From NCBI GenBank assembly GCA_050294405.1, contig JBNKOC010000026.1:1-64000 (forward strand): a stretch of 64,000 nt of DNA. Direction: 5' to 3'. Made by a program: the position numbers and the translations under genes. How positions within the stretch are numbered: position 1 is the first letter of the stretch; every line of letters starts with the position of its first letter. Origin of the DNA: Fibrobacteria bacterium. Its GTDB lineage: Bacteria > Fibrobacterota > Fibrobacteria > UBA11236 > JADFYW01. The notes below the pieces were generated by a model. It made no database searches, had not been told where the DNA came from, and saw only the letters and a program-made list of their open reading frames with translations. Below, one piece after another: positions 51,702 to 61,880 of this stretch.

Positions 51702-52811
51702 TTAGGCTTCTGCGGGCAGCTGATCCCATTGATAATTGTAATTAACTAAAAATGACCCACTTTTGTCCATCAAAAGGTTTAATCTTTCCACCATTTCGCG
51801 GGCCAGGCCCATAAAAGTTTGGGCGCTTTGAGAGCCCGGTTTTCTCCAAACTATGGGAGTTCCTGCATCGCCAGCTGCCGAAACTTCGGTTTCAATGGGA
51901 ATTCCGCCAAAAAAAGGCACTCCCAAACTCCTGGAAATGCGTTCTCCCCCACCCTCTTGAAACAAATAGTGTTTTTCTGAGCATTTTGAGCATTGGAAAT
52001 AGCTCATATTTTCTACTACTCCTAACACAGGAACCGAAACCTTTTCAAACATTTTAAGGCCCTTTTTCGCATCAATAACACTTACTTCCTGGGGTGTGGT
52101 TACAATTACCGCCCCCGTTAAAGGAGCCATCTGAGTTAATGTGAGTTGAATATCTCCTGTGCCAGGGGGAAGGTCTATAATTAAAAAATCCAGTTCTCCC
52201 CAAATCACATTATTTAAAAAGTTCTGTACCATTTGACTTACCATCGGTCCTCTCCATATCACAGGAGAGCTATCGTCAGTAAACATGGCCATGGAGACAA
52301 TTTTTATTCCATTGGTGGTTACAGGTATTAAGCTCTTGTTTTCATCTACCCCCGGGCCTTCATTTACGCCAAACATCTTGCTCATGGAAGGGCCATACAT
52401 ATCGGTATCCATAACACCCACTGAAAAGCCATCTAAGTGCAAAGCGGCTGCGAGATTCGAAGCGACGGTAGATTTCCCTACCCCACCTTTACCGGAAGCT
52501 ACCGCAATCACATTTTTTACCTGACGCAAACCTGGTGGTGTTTTAGGGGCAGCACTGCCGCTTTCAATTTTATAACCCATTTCCAACACCGCTCCACCGC
52601 ATCCAGGAATTTTTATTAATTCTAGCTCCAGGGCCTCCCGGATTAAATCCGCTTTGCCTCGCAGTTGTACGGGGATTTTAATTTTGGCCTGAATTTCATT
52701 TTCCACAATTCGGAGGGATTCTAACTCGAATTCCATCCCCGCTTCTTCCAATTGAGGAAAATTGCGCAATTTAAGAGTTTCGCGCACGATATTTTCATTG
52801 ATTTTAGACAT
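51702..52811 (-). CDS. apbC: Mrp/NBP35 (ApbC) iron-sulfur cluster carrier ATPase
   Basis: VASGKGGVGKST, D.YGPS, WRGPM, DLPPGTGD, VTTPQ, ENMSYF.CSKC. Confidence 0.93.
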   Translation of the reverse strand: MSKINENIVRETLKLRNFPQLEEAGMEFELESLRIVENEIQAKIKIPVQLRGKADLIREALELELIKIPGCGGAVLEMGYKIESGSAAPKTPPGLRQVKNVIAVASGKGGVGKSTVASNLAAALHLDGFSVGVMDTDMYGPSMSKMFGVNEGPGVDENKSLIPVTTNGIKIVSMAMFTDDSSPVIWRGPMVSQMVQNFLNNVIWGELDFLIIDLPPGTGDIQLTLTQMAPLTGAVIVTTPQEVSVIDAKKGLKMFEKVSVPVLGVVENMSYFQCSKCSEKHYLFQEGGGERISRSLGVPFFGGIPIETEVSAAGDAGTPIVWRKPGSQSAQTFMGLAREMVERLNLLMDKSGSFLVNYNYQWDQLPAEA

Positions 52812-52968
52812 TTATAAACCTTTCTTCCCTGACATAGAAATATAAGATTTTTGTAGAGATTGATAAAATTTGCCCCTTATTTCGGCACCCAGTGCAATTT
52901 ATGCTTTTTGGGAATTATTGCCAGTTGGGGTCTAACATTGTAACTTTTCTGGTCATTTTTAAAAAGCT

Positions 52969-55248
52969 ATGAAACTTCCAGCAACAGTACTTAAAACCCT
53001 GATTTGGTCAGCTTTAGTTTGTGCCCAGTTTGCCCCGGGACAAAGCCTGCAGCAAAAAAGCATGGCCCGAAATGTATATGGCGAAGATTATTTCTCCAAT
53101 ATGTCACAAAGGCAAAGAGATTCTTTAAAGGCCGTATATGCCGGAGGAGGAACCTCACAAAATCAAGCAGTCAATGAACAAGGTCAACAAGCCGGAAAAC
53201 AGTTAAATGTTTTGGACTCATTGCTAATGGGTCCCCGGGTATTACTGGATAGCTCAGGACAGGACAGTTTAAACAATCCCGATTCTATTCCCAAAAGATT
53301 CTCCCAACGTATTTTTAAACGATCTCCAGGACACCTATTTTCCGCCGCCAATTCTGCATTGGGTAAATCTCATATTTTATCTCCCGGTGATGAAGTGACC
53401 ATATCTTTATGGGGAGATAAGGAAAAAGTTTACAGCCTGCAATTAAACGAATCTGGAAAAATATTTTTAGAAGGCGTTGGCCTCATCAACTTAAACGGCC
53501 TGTCTCTCGGCGCTGCTGAATCTGTTATTCGAAAAAAACTATCTAAGATTTATTCGGGCATAAATCGCGGCACTTCTTTTGTGGAGTTGTCCTCGGCCAA
53601 GGCAAGCCCCATTCGGGTTTTTGTTTTAGGTGAGGTGATGTTACCCGGGGGATATACTTTTTCTAGCAACACCAGTGTTTTGTCCGCGCTTTACAGCGCC
53701 AAAGGGCCAACTGATTTGGGCACTGTTAGAAACATTAAACTTACCCGGGGAGACAGCAGTTATTATTTGGATTTGTATGAATACCTGTTAAAGGGCAATA
53801 TTTTAAGTCCCCATACATTGGAAGATGGCGATATTCTTTTTGCAGCCCGAGCAGATGTATTGGCAGAAATTTCCGGGGATGTTGGACGGCCTGCAGTGTA
53901 CGAGTTAAAAAAGGGTGAAGGAATTAAAGAGCTGTTGGAGTATGCCGGAAGAATTAATCCAACCTCCGCCAATCAAAACATAACCCTAAAACGATATTTT
54001 GACGATGGGAGACCCGATATTATCGACCTAAAATCTCCCAAATTTTACAGCGAAGGAAGTGAAAATTATTTGCTTGAAGATGGAGATTCACTATGGGTGG
54101 ATACAAGCTCAGAAAAATCTCAAAATTTTATACAAGTCACTGGCCCTGTGAAATATCCTGGTGTATATGAAGCAGCAAATGCAAAAAATGTAGAAGAGTT
54201 AATTAAATCAGCTGGTGGACTAAAAGAAGATGCCTATCTAAGTCGCATACATGTGTTGAGGTTTAATCCCGATGGCAGCTCTAAATTATTTTCTTATGCA
54301 GTGGATAATAACAAAATTAAGGATATAGCTCTTGAAGGAAAAGATAACGTCGTATTGTACAGCATTCGGGATATGTATGAGCCCGATAGTGTGGAAATTG
54401 CGGGAGCCGTTCATGCACCAGGCAAATATCCTTTTCACGCGGGAATGTCAGCTAAAGATTTAGTGCTGAAGGCTGGGGGTTTTTTAAGAAGCAGAGAAGA
54501 AGGAAAGGCCATTTGCTTTCGCGGTGAAGGAAACACTAGAAAAATCACCAACATGGAGATCAAACTTCAGGAAGGACTTAAAAATACCGGAGAAGAATTT
54601 AAATTAAGCTCCACAGACTTCATATTAATACCCGAAGACCCAAATTGGTATCAGCAGGAATACGTAACCTTAGCCGGACAGTTTAAATATCCTGGAAAAT
54701 ACGCATTGCTTTTTCCCGAAGAACAATTGGCCGCTGTCATAAAAAGGGCGGGTGGGTTTAAAAGTGATGCCTACATCCCTGGATTTAGATTTTTCAGAAA
54801 GAAAAATGAAAAAGGTCGAATTGGCATCAATTTAGAGAAAGCTTTGAATGCCCCAAACTCTTTAGAAAACATTTCCCTTAAAGACGGGGACAGCCTGCAT
54901 TTACCTGAAAGAGAAATGAGTGTAAAGGTAATTGGTGAAGTAGGCTTACCAACATCAGTGTTGTTTAAAAAGGGCAAAGGTGTCAAATACTATATCAGCC
55001 GAGCCGGAGGTTATACCAGGTTTAGCGATAAAAAACATGTGGTATTGGAGTATGCAAATGGCGAAATCGCAGGTGATGGTGATTTTTACCGCGATCCCGA
55101 TCCAGGAAGTGTAATATATGTTCCCGGCAAACCGGAAGCCCCACCAGTGGAATGGTTGAAGGGAATTGACGCTATTGTTGGAACTATGGCTGGGGCTGCA
55201 GCGCTGATATTGAGCATCTTGATCATTGATGACAAAATTAATAATTAG
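52969..55248 (+). CDS. Polysaccharide export protein with multiple SLBB domains (Wza/KpsD-like)
   Basis: Signal peptide; LSPGDEV.I.LWG; repeated G.V..PG.Y...LI..AGG units; C-terminal hydrophobic helix. Confidence 0.9.
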   Translation: MKLPATVLKTLIWSALVCAQFAPGQSLQQKSMARNVYGEDYFSNMSQRQRDSLKAVYAGGGTSQNQAVNEQGQQAGKQLNVLDSLLMGPRVLLDSSGQDSLNNPDSIPKRFSQRIFKRSPGHLFSAANSALGKSHILSPGDEVTISLWGDKEKVYSLQLNESGKIFLEGVGLINLNGLSLGAAESVIRKKLSKIYSGINRGTSFVELSSAKASPIRVFVLGEVMLPGGYTFSSNTSVLSALYSAKGPTDLGTVRNIKLTRGDSSYYLDLYEYLLKGNILSPHTLEDGDILFAARADVLAEISGDVGRPAVYELKKGEGIKELLEYAGRINPTSANQNITLKRYFDDGRPDIIDLKSPKFYSEGSENYLLEDGDSLWVDTSSEKSQNFIQVTGPVKYPGVYEAANAKNVEELIKSAGGLKEDAYLSRIHVLRFNPDGSSKLFSYAVDNNKIKDIALEGKDNVVLYSIRDMYEPDSVEIAGAVHAPGKYPFHAGMSAKDLVLKAGGFLRSREEGKAICFRGEGNTRKITNMEIKLQEGLKNTGEEFKLSSTDFILIPEDPNWYQQEYVTLAGQFKYPGKYALLFPEEQLAAVIKRAGGFKSDAYIPGFRFFRKKNEKGRIGINLEKALNAPNSLENISLKDGDSLHLPEREMSVKVIGEVGLPTSVLFKKGKGVKYYISRAGGYTRFSDKKHVVLEYANGEIAGDGDFYRDPDPGSVIYVPGKPEAPPVEWLKGIDAIVGTMAGAAALILSILIIDDKINN

Positions 55249-55272
55249 GTTTTAGAACAAAAATAGTATGAT

Positions 55273-56697
55273 ATGTCTCAATTATCGCCTTCATTATTTT
55301 TTATTACTCCAAAATATGTTATAGGGTTTTTTTGGGGCTGGCTGTTCTTAAGGAACGCCTTGCTATTTACGGAGAAAGATACTTTTTGGATAGCGTCATT
55401 CACGTCTAAAATTGCCTATGTGGTTTCTCCACTTTTTTTACTCTTCATGTTGTTTATATGCATTTTCGAAGCACATAGGTTTATTTTAAAAAAATATTTA
55501 GGATTAATTATTCTATTTAGCTTAGTGTTTGCCTGCTTTTCACTCTCTGTAGTAGCAAACCAGCCCCCATTGATTAATGTTGCTCAGTTTCTATTAGGAT
55601 ACCTACAGTTTTTTATTCTTGCACCCTTTATAATAATATGTTTTGATAAAGAAATTATTAACATTGATTTAATTAAAAAATATTTACTGATTCCTCTGGT
55701 TATTGAATTTATCATTAACTTTTTTTGGTTTTTAGGAATTAGCCCTCTACCTAACCAACGTATTGGCGGGCCAGATTGGGCATATGGCACCTTGTCTGCC
55801 CCTCAAGAGTTGGCAGGGATATCCTCTATATTGATTTTTATCTCCATGTATTGGCTAATGTTTAAGCCTGATTATTTGAATAGAGTAAAATTAATAGTGG
55901 CATTTGGATTGCTATGTATGGGCTGTTTACAATTGATTTTTGCCGACAGCAAATTAACATTTATGACTGTTTCTATCGGCTTATCTATTGGTTGTTTGAT
56001 AATTAGCAAACAAAGGTTATCCAAGAAGATTATTTTGAGCTTTTTGTCTGTTATTATGATATGTGGAGTTTTTATGCTAAACATGGTATATCAATATCAC
56101 ACAAGAATGAAGGAAATATATCAGGGACAGTCTAATCCTATTTCGATGTTAGTACGAGATTACAAAAGGCTAACTACCGCAATCTCATATAATCCAAAAA
56201 TAAAAATATATTCAATTGTTTCTAATAAGTTATTTGGGGAAATTGACTTTCCATTTTGGGGTGCAGGACCAGGAAATGCCACAAGCCGCTTTAGTATGAC
56301 AACTAAAAGACCACTGGCAGAAAAATATATAACTCCTCAAGTTGATGATGTTTACAGCAATATGAACAATTCATATTTGTATAAACCTGATTCTGGATTT
56401 ATTTCAATTTGGGGCGAATTGGGCAGTATTGGTGTAATATTTTACTATTTGACCTATACTTTTCTAATCTGGAAGGTAATTTTAGGCCTAAAAAAAGGAT
56501 TCTTTAATCATAAAACATTCGAATCAACTATTGCCTTTGCCTTTGTATGCTTCGGATTCTATTTCCTACTCCACAACTTTATAAAAGATATTTTTTATAT
56601 CGGCACTGAAGTCGCATTTTTTTGGATCACCGGAACAATTCTATACATTATTCTCAGGAACAGGGAAACTAAAGAAATAATTTTTAAAGAGACTTAA
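55273..56697 (+). CDS. Polytopic membrane protein, Wzy polymerase / O-antigen ligase-like
   Basis: About 10-12 TM segments; large late periplasmic loop; FWGAGPG and ELG.IG motifs; polysaccharide-locus context. Confidence 0.7.
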   Translation: MSQLSPSLFFITPKYVIGFFWGWLFLRNALLFTEKDTFWIASFTSKIAYVVSPLFLLFMLFICIFEAHRFILKKYLGLIILFSLVFACFSLSVVANQPPLINVAQFLLGYLQFFILAPFIIICFDKEIINIDLIKKYLLIPLVIEFIINFFWFLGISPLPNQRIGGPDWAYGTLSAPQELAGISSILIFISMYWLMFKPDYLNRVKLIVAFGLLCMGCLQLIFADSKLTFMTVSIGLSIGCLIISKQRLSKKIILSFLSVIMICGVFMLNMVYQYHTRMKEIYQGQSNPISMLVRDYKRLTTAISYNPKIKIYSIVSNKLFGEIDFPFWGAGPGNATSRFSMTTKRPLAEKYITPQVDDVYSNMNNSYLYKPDSGFISIWGELGSIGVIFYYLTYTFLIWKVILGLKKGFFNHKTFESTIAFAFVCFGFYFLLHNFIKDIFYIGTEVAFFWITGTILYIILRNRETKEIIFKET

Positions 56698-56708
56698 TTT
56701 TTAAATAC

Positions 56709-57569
56709 ATGATTTATATAATTATACCTGTTTACAACAACATTTTGTTAACAAAGAAGTGCCTTTCTTCTCTTATGAAGCAAACTTTAAAGCATTTTAA
56801 AATAATCATCGTAGACGATGGCTCCCATGATGGCACATATGAATATATTTCAGAATTTTACCCTGATGTTATTATTGTACAAGGTTCCGGTAGCTGGTGG
56901 TGGACCCTTTCTATGAATAAGGGGTTAGAAATTGCCATTGAAAAAGCTTCAAGCAGTGACTATATCCTTTCCTTGAATAATGATCTTGAAGTGAACAGTG
57001 ATTACCTTGATAATTTGTTGTTGTGTTGTCAAAAAAACTATCCTTGCATAGTGGGCTCCGTTTCAGTTTACGATGATGATCCGGAAAGAATTGACTTTGC
57101 AGGAGCGAAATGGAATCGATTTACGGCAAAGAGAATAGAGCTTTTCAAAAATTCGCATACTTACAGTCAAATAAAACATTACGGACCTATAGAAACAGAT
57201 TTGCTACCAGGAAGAGGAACTTTATTTCCTGTAGAGGTCTTTAAAAATGTTGGAATATATGATAACAAAAACTTTCCTCAGTATATAGCTGATCAAGAGT
57301 TTGCAATCAGAGCAGCAAAGAATGGATACAGACTCCTTGTAGAACCATCTGCTGTTGTTTATAGCAATATTAAAAACACTGGAATTAACTTTAAAAAGGG
57401 TGCTAAAAAAAGCCTAAAAAACATCTATCACGCTTTATTTTCAATTAAATCTCCCATTTATCTTCCTGGAAGATTCAAATTCGCAATTAAGCACAGTCCT
57501 ATTGGGATATTTTATTTTTTTATAGATTTTACAAGAATTTTAACCTACGTAATAAAAAGTAGAAGTTAA
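56709..57569 (+). CDS. Glycosyltransferase family 2
   Basis: IIIPVYN, VDDGSHDGT, WW..SMN.G, LNND, LPGRG.L. Confidence 0.9.
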   Translation: MIYIIIPVYNNILLTKKCLSSLMKQTLKHFKIIIVDDGSHDGTYEYISEFYPDVIIVQGSGSWWWTLSMNKGLEIAIEKASSSDYILSLNNDLEVNSDYLDNLLLCCQKNYPCIVGSVSVYDDDPERIDFAGAKWNRFTAKRIELFKNSHTYSQIKHYGPIETDLLPGRGTLFPVEVFKNVGIYDNKNFPQYIADQEFAIRAAKNGYRLLVEPSAVVYSNIKNTGINFKKGAKKSLKNIYHALFSIKSPIYLPGRFKFAIKHSPIGIFYFFIDFTRILTYVIKSRS

Positions 57570-57637
57570 TTAATTTTATTGGATGTATTTTGAATAACAC
57601 TTACATCATTAAAACATTCATTAAATTGGAATAGTTT

Positions 57638-58615
57638 ATGTCATTAAATGAAAATAAAATAGATTTGTTCTGTTATTTGAAAATAATCTATAAAAGAAAA
57701 ATCTTAATTGGGTTGATTACCATCAGTTTTATGGTGTTCTCTATTATAAAAGCAATCAATACAATGCCATATTGGATTTCTGAAGCCAAGCTACTCCCCT
57801 TACATAATTCAGCTCAGAATGACATGTCGTCTTTAGCTGCACTAGCCGGACTCAGTTTGCCACAATCAGATAATACAGAAAATTTTTATAAGGATATATT
57901 AAGGTCCCGAGATTTTCTAGATACATTAGCAGATATCCAATGGAAAACAGATGTTTATGCAGACAGCCTGGTAACTCTTGCTGATATCTATGGCCTTGTT
58001 CCCGATACCAGTACCGACCATTGGGAGTATGCTTTCAAACAACAAATACTCGACTTTATTATTGAAAATGAATTGATATCTTTTGAAAAAGCATCTACAG
58101 GAACAATGACATTGGGCGTAAAAACAATAGATCCAATACTTTCTTTTGAAATCAATAACTTTCTAATTGATTATCTAGATTATTTTAACCGTTACAAAAG
58201 GAAAACCAATATTAGTCTAAAGAAAAATTTAATTGAAACTCGATTAAGAGAATTTGAGTCCCAATTAAAAGAATCCGAACATAGATTGCAGATCTATGAA
58301 GAAAAAAATCTTTCTATTCGAACACCGGCAGCTTTAATGATGCGTGAAAGACTTAAAAGAGAAGTCGAACTTAATAATAGTTTGTACCTTGAAATGCGAA
58401 AACAATATGAACTGTTAAAAATTGATGAAGTTGATAACGCTCAAGTTCTTGATGTTTTACAAAAACCTACTATTCCGGTTAAGGGAGAGTCAAAAAGAAG
58501 AAAATTAGTAATGATGGGATCAGCACTTGGATTTATACTATCCCTGTTTCTGGCCTTCGGGCTTAATTGGTGGAGCAAATTCGGTAGAAATTTAACAGCG
58601 GAACTGAAAAGCTGA
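57638..58615 (+). CDS. Wzz-like polysaccharide chain-length determinant
   Basis: IDL..YL N-terminus, two TM helices, LAALAGLSL, coiled coil, Pro-rich segment before TM2. Confidence 0.85.
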   Translation: MSLNENKIDLFCYLKIIYKRKILIGLITISFMVFSIIKAINTMPYWISEAKLLPLHNSAQNDMSSLAALAGLSLPQSDNTENFYKDILRSRDFLDTLADIQWKTDVYADSLVTLADIYGLVPDTSTDHWEYAFKQQILDFIIENELISFEKASTGTMTLGVKTIDPILSFEINNFLIDYLDYFNRYKRKTNISLKKNLIETRLREFESQLKESEHRLQIYEEKNLSIRTPAALMMRERLKREVELNNSLYLEMRKQYELLKIDEVDNAQVLDVLQKPTIPVKGESKRRKLVMMGSALGFILSLFLAFGLNWWSKFGRNLTAELKS

Positions 58616-58698
58616 ATTTCTTACTTCAATTTTAGAGTTATGTTTGGCAATCTCCCATTCTATACATTTAATCCCAATTTGCTATTAAAAAAACTTTA

Positions 58699-60654
58699 AT
58701 GTACTCAAGAAACATATTTCAAAAAATTGGATGGTATTGGCACCGGCTTAATGCTATGAAATTCTCTGAAATAGGTTTTAGGTTAAAGCTTAGTCTTCTA
58801 AAAAAAGTATGGAAGCTGAGAGTTTGTTATTACCCATCAACTAAGCTGAATGAAATTAGATTCCCAAAATTGCCAGAGCTAAATTTTTTAATTAACAACC
58901 CCGAAAAATTTGAAATAAATGCTGTTCTTCGTGAAGCAGAATGTTATTTAAATCACAATTGGAAATATTTTAATTATGAAAATATTATAGAAGATCCCAT
59001 TAATTGGCATCAGGTTCCAAATACAAACATCGTTTCTCCCAAAATCTTTTCTTTTGATATTGATTTCCATAATTATAATCTAGTTGGAAATGGCAAAGAT
59101 ATCTGGGAAAAAAATAGACATCATCATTTAACACTGCTATCACTTGCATATTGTATATCAAAAGAGGAAAAATTTGCAGAAGAAGTTAAAAATCAAATCT
59201 TTAGTTGGATTGAAGAAAATCCTTATCTAATCGGAATCAACTGGACTCATCCTCTTGAAAGCGCCATAAGAATGATTTCCTGGGTATGGTGTGAGCGCCT
59301 TTTAAGAAATTCTAAACATTATGATGTACTATTTAACTCAAAAAGTCATGTTTGGACATCCATCTACCTGCATCAAAAATTTATCGCTGCAACTTATAGC
59401 CGGGGATCGTCCGCAAACAATCACCTAATTGGTGAAATGGCTGGTCTTTATATTGTATCTACAGCCTTTCCATGTTATGACGAAAGTGATAAGTGGCAAA
59501 AGCTTTCAAAGCAAATCTTGGAGAATGAAATTGTAAAACAAACATTTTCCTCGGGATGTAACAAGGAACAAGCTTTTTCCTATCAAATATTTGTAATTGA
59601 ATTTTTACTATTGGCTGCGATTGAAGCCAAAAATTCAAAGGATTTATTTTCCTCACATTACCTAGAACTTCTGAAAAAAATGATCGAAATTGTCCCATTG
59701 ATGACCGATGTCGGCGGAAATTTACCTCGTTATGGGGATGGGGATGAAGGAATGGTTGTGCAACTTCAACCTATAAACAATAATAGGGTAAATTGGATTT
59801 ATCAAATAGCTAATCAATTTTTAAATGCAAGCGTTCCGGTGCCTCAAGAAAATATGTTAGCCTCTCAGGTATTAGGGTTTCAAAAAAGCGAATCACTTGA
59901 AAAAAGGATCCCTGTTTCTGGCTCTTATGCATGGAAAGATTCCGGAATTTATTCATTAGTCAGCAGCCGTGGATCTCCAGACGAATTATTTGTATTAGCA
60001 GATGCTGGTCCCCACGGTTATCTTTCCATATCGGCACATGGCCATTCTGATGCCCTTTCGTTCACTTTAAGCGCCAGCGGAATCCCGTTTATTGTCGACC
60101 CAGGTACATATGCATATCTTGGTAATAATAAATGGCGGGAATATTTTAAAAGTACAAGAGCTCACAATACATTAATAGTTGATAATCAAGAACAATCCGA
60201 ATCACAAGGACCCTTTTTGTGGAAAACAAAGGCAAATGGATTTGTTAAGGAATGGGAAACATATAAAAATGGTGCTAAATTAGTTGCATTTCATGATGGT
60301 TATAAGAAAATTGGAGTTATCCACCAAAGAACTTTTGAACTGAAAAATGAAAAGCTTATCATTAGTGATGAAATTCAGGGAAATGGCAATCATAAAGTTG
60401 AAATAATTTTTCACCTTCACCCTAATTGCATCGTTTCTGAAAATGATAATAATACTATTATAGTTTCAAATAGCTCGAAAAAGCTAAAAATTGATTTTCC
60501 AAGATCAATGGAAATAATCATAGAATCTGGCGAGAAAAATTCCGGATGGTATTCCCCAAAATTTGGAGTTAAAACAATTGCAACCACAATAACAGGTTGT
60601 GCTAATGCCTTACTTCCAACCATCTTTTCAATTGAAATTAAGAAAATGAACTAA
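58699..60654 (+). CDS. Heparinase II/III family protein
   Basis: WEKNRHHHL, NP.L.G.NW, SANNHLIGE, YGDGDEG, AHGHSDALSF, VDPGTY.Y, AHNTL.VD. Confidence 0.88.
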   Translation: MYSRNIFQKIGWYWHRLNAMKFSEIGFRLKLSLLKKVWKLRVCYYPSTKLNEIRFPKLPELNFLINNPEKFEINAVLREAECYLNHNWKYFNYENIIEDPINWHQVPNTNIVSPKIFSFDIDFHNYNLVGNGKDIWEKNRHHHLTLLSLAYCISKEEKFAEEVKNQIFSWIEENPYLIGINWTHPLESAIRMISWVWCERLLRNSKHYDVLFNSKSHVWTSIYLHQKFIAATYSRGSSANNHLIGEMAGLYIVSTAFPCYDESDKWQKLSKQILENEIVKQTFSSGCNKEQAFSYQIFVIEFLLLAAIEAKNSKDLFSSHYLELLKKMIEIVPLMTDVGGNLPRYGDGDEGMVVQLQPINNNRVNWIYQIANQFLNASVPVPQENMLASQVLGFQKSESLEKRIPVSGSYAWKDSGIYSLVSSRGSPDELFVLADAGPHGYLSISAHGHSDALSFTLSASGIPFIVDPGTYAYLGNNKWREYFKSTRAHNTLIVDNQEQSESQGPFLWKTKANGFVKEWETYKNGAKLVAFHDGYKKIGVIHQRTFELKNEKLIISDEIQGNGNHKVEIIFHLHPNCIVSENDNNTIIVSNSSKKLKIDFPRSMEIIIESGEKNSGWYSPKFGVKTIATTITGCANALLPTIFSIEIKKMN

Positions 60655-60773
60655 CGCATGTCCTCCGTGATATTAAATAATATTAAAAATTTATTTCAAT
60701 TATAATTTCTCTGAAAACTATGTATAACTAGAAACAATTAATTTTTTATAATTACAAAAATTAGGATATACAA

Positions 60774-61862
60774 TTGGATTATATAATTAATACTAATTCA
60801 GAATGGGATGCCGCACCTCGAGCAAGACATCAGATTGCAGAATCCATAGCAAAATCTCATAATGTGTATTTTGTTGCGGCTTCAAAAATTGGGTTACCTG
60901 ATTTAAATATTTCATCAGTTAAAAAAAGACTAACGATAATTACTCCTTCATTCCCCATCGATTATCGAATCCGTTACCGAATTCCCATACTAAATGAGCT
61001 TTATCAACTATGGCTTTTTCCGAAGTTAAAAAAATATTTTGAAAGCGCAGATAATATTTATGTTATATGTTCCGATTTTACAGCATATAAAATTAATAAC
61101 TATTTCGAGCATGTTGCATTTTATTGCAATGATGATCATATCAACAACATACCATCCCCTTGGCTTATAAAGAAATATCACGAGTTGATCCAAAAAAAAA
61201 TGGTCCAAGAATCGCTTTTTAGCATTGTAACCGCTAGATACTTATATGAAAAATTTATTTATATAACAAAAAAAGTGCACGAAATTCCTCTTGGTGCTCC
61301 AGAAATTAATATTGAAACCCGTAAGGAGATTAAAAGGATTAATAATAAGATTCGTATTGTATTATTAGGTTATCTAAACACCAAAAAGACACCTGTAAAT
61401 CTCATAAATAAAATTTCTAATGAACTTGATGTACAACTAATTTTTATAGGTCCAATCGAAGATAATTTTTTAGAATTACTAGACAAACCGGACAACGTAA
61501 TTTCTACCGGAATATTAACTGGAAATGCACTATACCAGAAAATGACCGAAGCCGATGTAGGAATTGTACCTTATTTTATGAATGACCCTAATTTGGGGCG
61601 GACACCCAATAAGCTTTGGCAATATCTTGCAGTTGGAATACCTGTTGTAGTAACCAATTTGCCAAATATAAGACATTGGGAATTTCCCGAAGATTTTATT
61701 TACAAAGCAAATAATGATGAGGATTTTGTTGAGTACATTAAAATAGCCATCAAAAAAAACACTGATTCACTTAAAAAAAGCCGAATTGAATTTGCAAAAA
61801 AAAACACATGGGATAATCGAACCCAAGAAATCACAAAATTATTCGAAACCTACTGCAAATAA
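60774..61862 (+). CDS. GT-B fold glycosyltransferase (TuaH-like)
   Basis: EWD..PRARHQ, YCNDD, DVGIVPY, PNKLWQYLAVGIPVV, NTWD.R; TTG start. Confidence 0.8.
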   Translation: MDYIINTNSEWDAAPRARHQIAESIAKSHNVYFVAASKIGLPDLNISSVKKRLTIITPSFPIDYRIRYRIPILNELYQLWLFPKLKKYFESADNIYVICSDFTAYKINNYFEHVAFYCNDDHINNIPSPWLIKKYHELIQKKMVQESLFSIVTARYLYEKFIYITKKVHEIPLGAPEINIETRKEIKRINNKIRIVLLGYLNTKKTPVNLINKISNELDVQLIFIGPIEDNFLELLDKPDNVISTGILTGNALYQKMTEADVGIVPYFMNDPNLGRTPNKLWQYLAVGIPVVVTNLPNIRHWEFPEDFIYKANNDEDFVEYIKIAIKKNTDSLKKSRIEFAKKNTWDNRTQEITKLFETYCK

Positions 61863-61880
61863 TTATTAATTTTCAAAATC

